Positions 63,875-64,000 of a stretch of 64,000 nucleotides of DNA are shown piece after piece; position 1 is the first letter of the stretch; every line of letters starts with the position of its first letter. A program made the position numbers and the translations under genes. The DNA is from an uncultured Methanoregulaceae archaeon (GTDB lineage Archaea; Halobacteriota; Methanomicrobia; Methanomicrobiales; Methanospirillaceae). The stretch is from assembly GCA_963841015.1 (NCBI GenBank), contig CAWJAX010000005.1:64001-128000 (forward strand), in the 5' to 3' direction. The notes beneath the pieces are model-generated. The model worked only from the letters and a program-made list of their open reading frames with translations. It did no database searches and was not told where the DNA came from.

Positions 63875-64000
63875 TTTTCCCAGAAATTCCCTGCCTTCCG
63901 GGCTGGTAAACAGCGGAAGATCACGATCAACCGTAACAGCACTGCGTTCGGCTATTACCGTCTGTCGGGTAATCGGATTGAACCCTTCCTTTTCCGTGAT

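Overview
Archaeal chromosomal segment of a hydrogenotrophic methanogen, most consistent with Methanomicrobiales (Methanoregula-like), judged from gene content and order. It is mostly core genome. It holds (i) the tRNA-Ser-rps13-rps4-rps11-rpoD-rpl18e-rpl13-rps9-rpoN-tRNA-Pro-rpoK-eno-rps2-MEMO-mvk-ipk-fni-rnj-idsA-gltX superoperon, (ii) a six-gene array of stand-alone CBS-domain proteins divergent from an Era-like GTPase/Zn-ribbon pair, (iii) thermosome, rps15-DHH-pcc1-rps3ae and apgM, and (iv) hypF, rpl11/1/10/12, spt5/secE/ftsZ/dtdA, two moeA genes, an aldehyde dehydrogenase and ileS. The most notable observations are: (1) an IS1016-like element (IS1595 family) whose transposase interior has been replaced by a bacterial YjhP-type methyltransferase, with TIRs, a near-perfect target duplication and both transposase ends still visible; (2) nine single-base frameshifts in conserved genes, eight of which fall on or immediately next to AGCT or GTAC, probably a sequencing-error footprint of host DNA methylation; (3) a modular GC-rich structured intergenic repeat present twice; (4) candidate S15 and L1 autoregulatory RNA leaders; (5) a stand-alone HEPN-motif protein; (6) an intact IS5-family element with an 8-bp TSD. 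All calls are by eye, and no database search was run.
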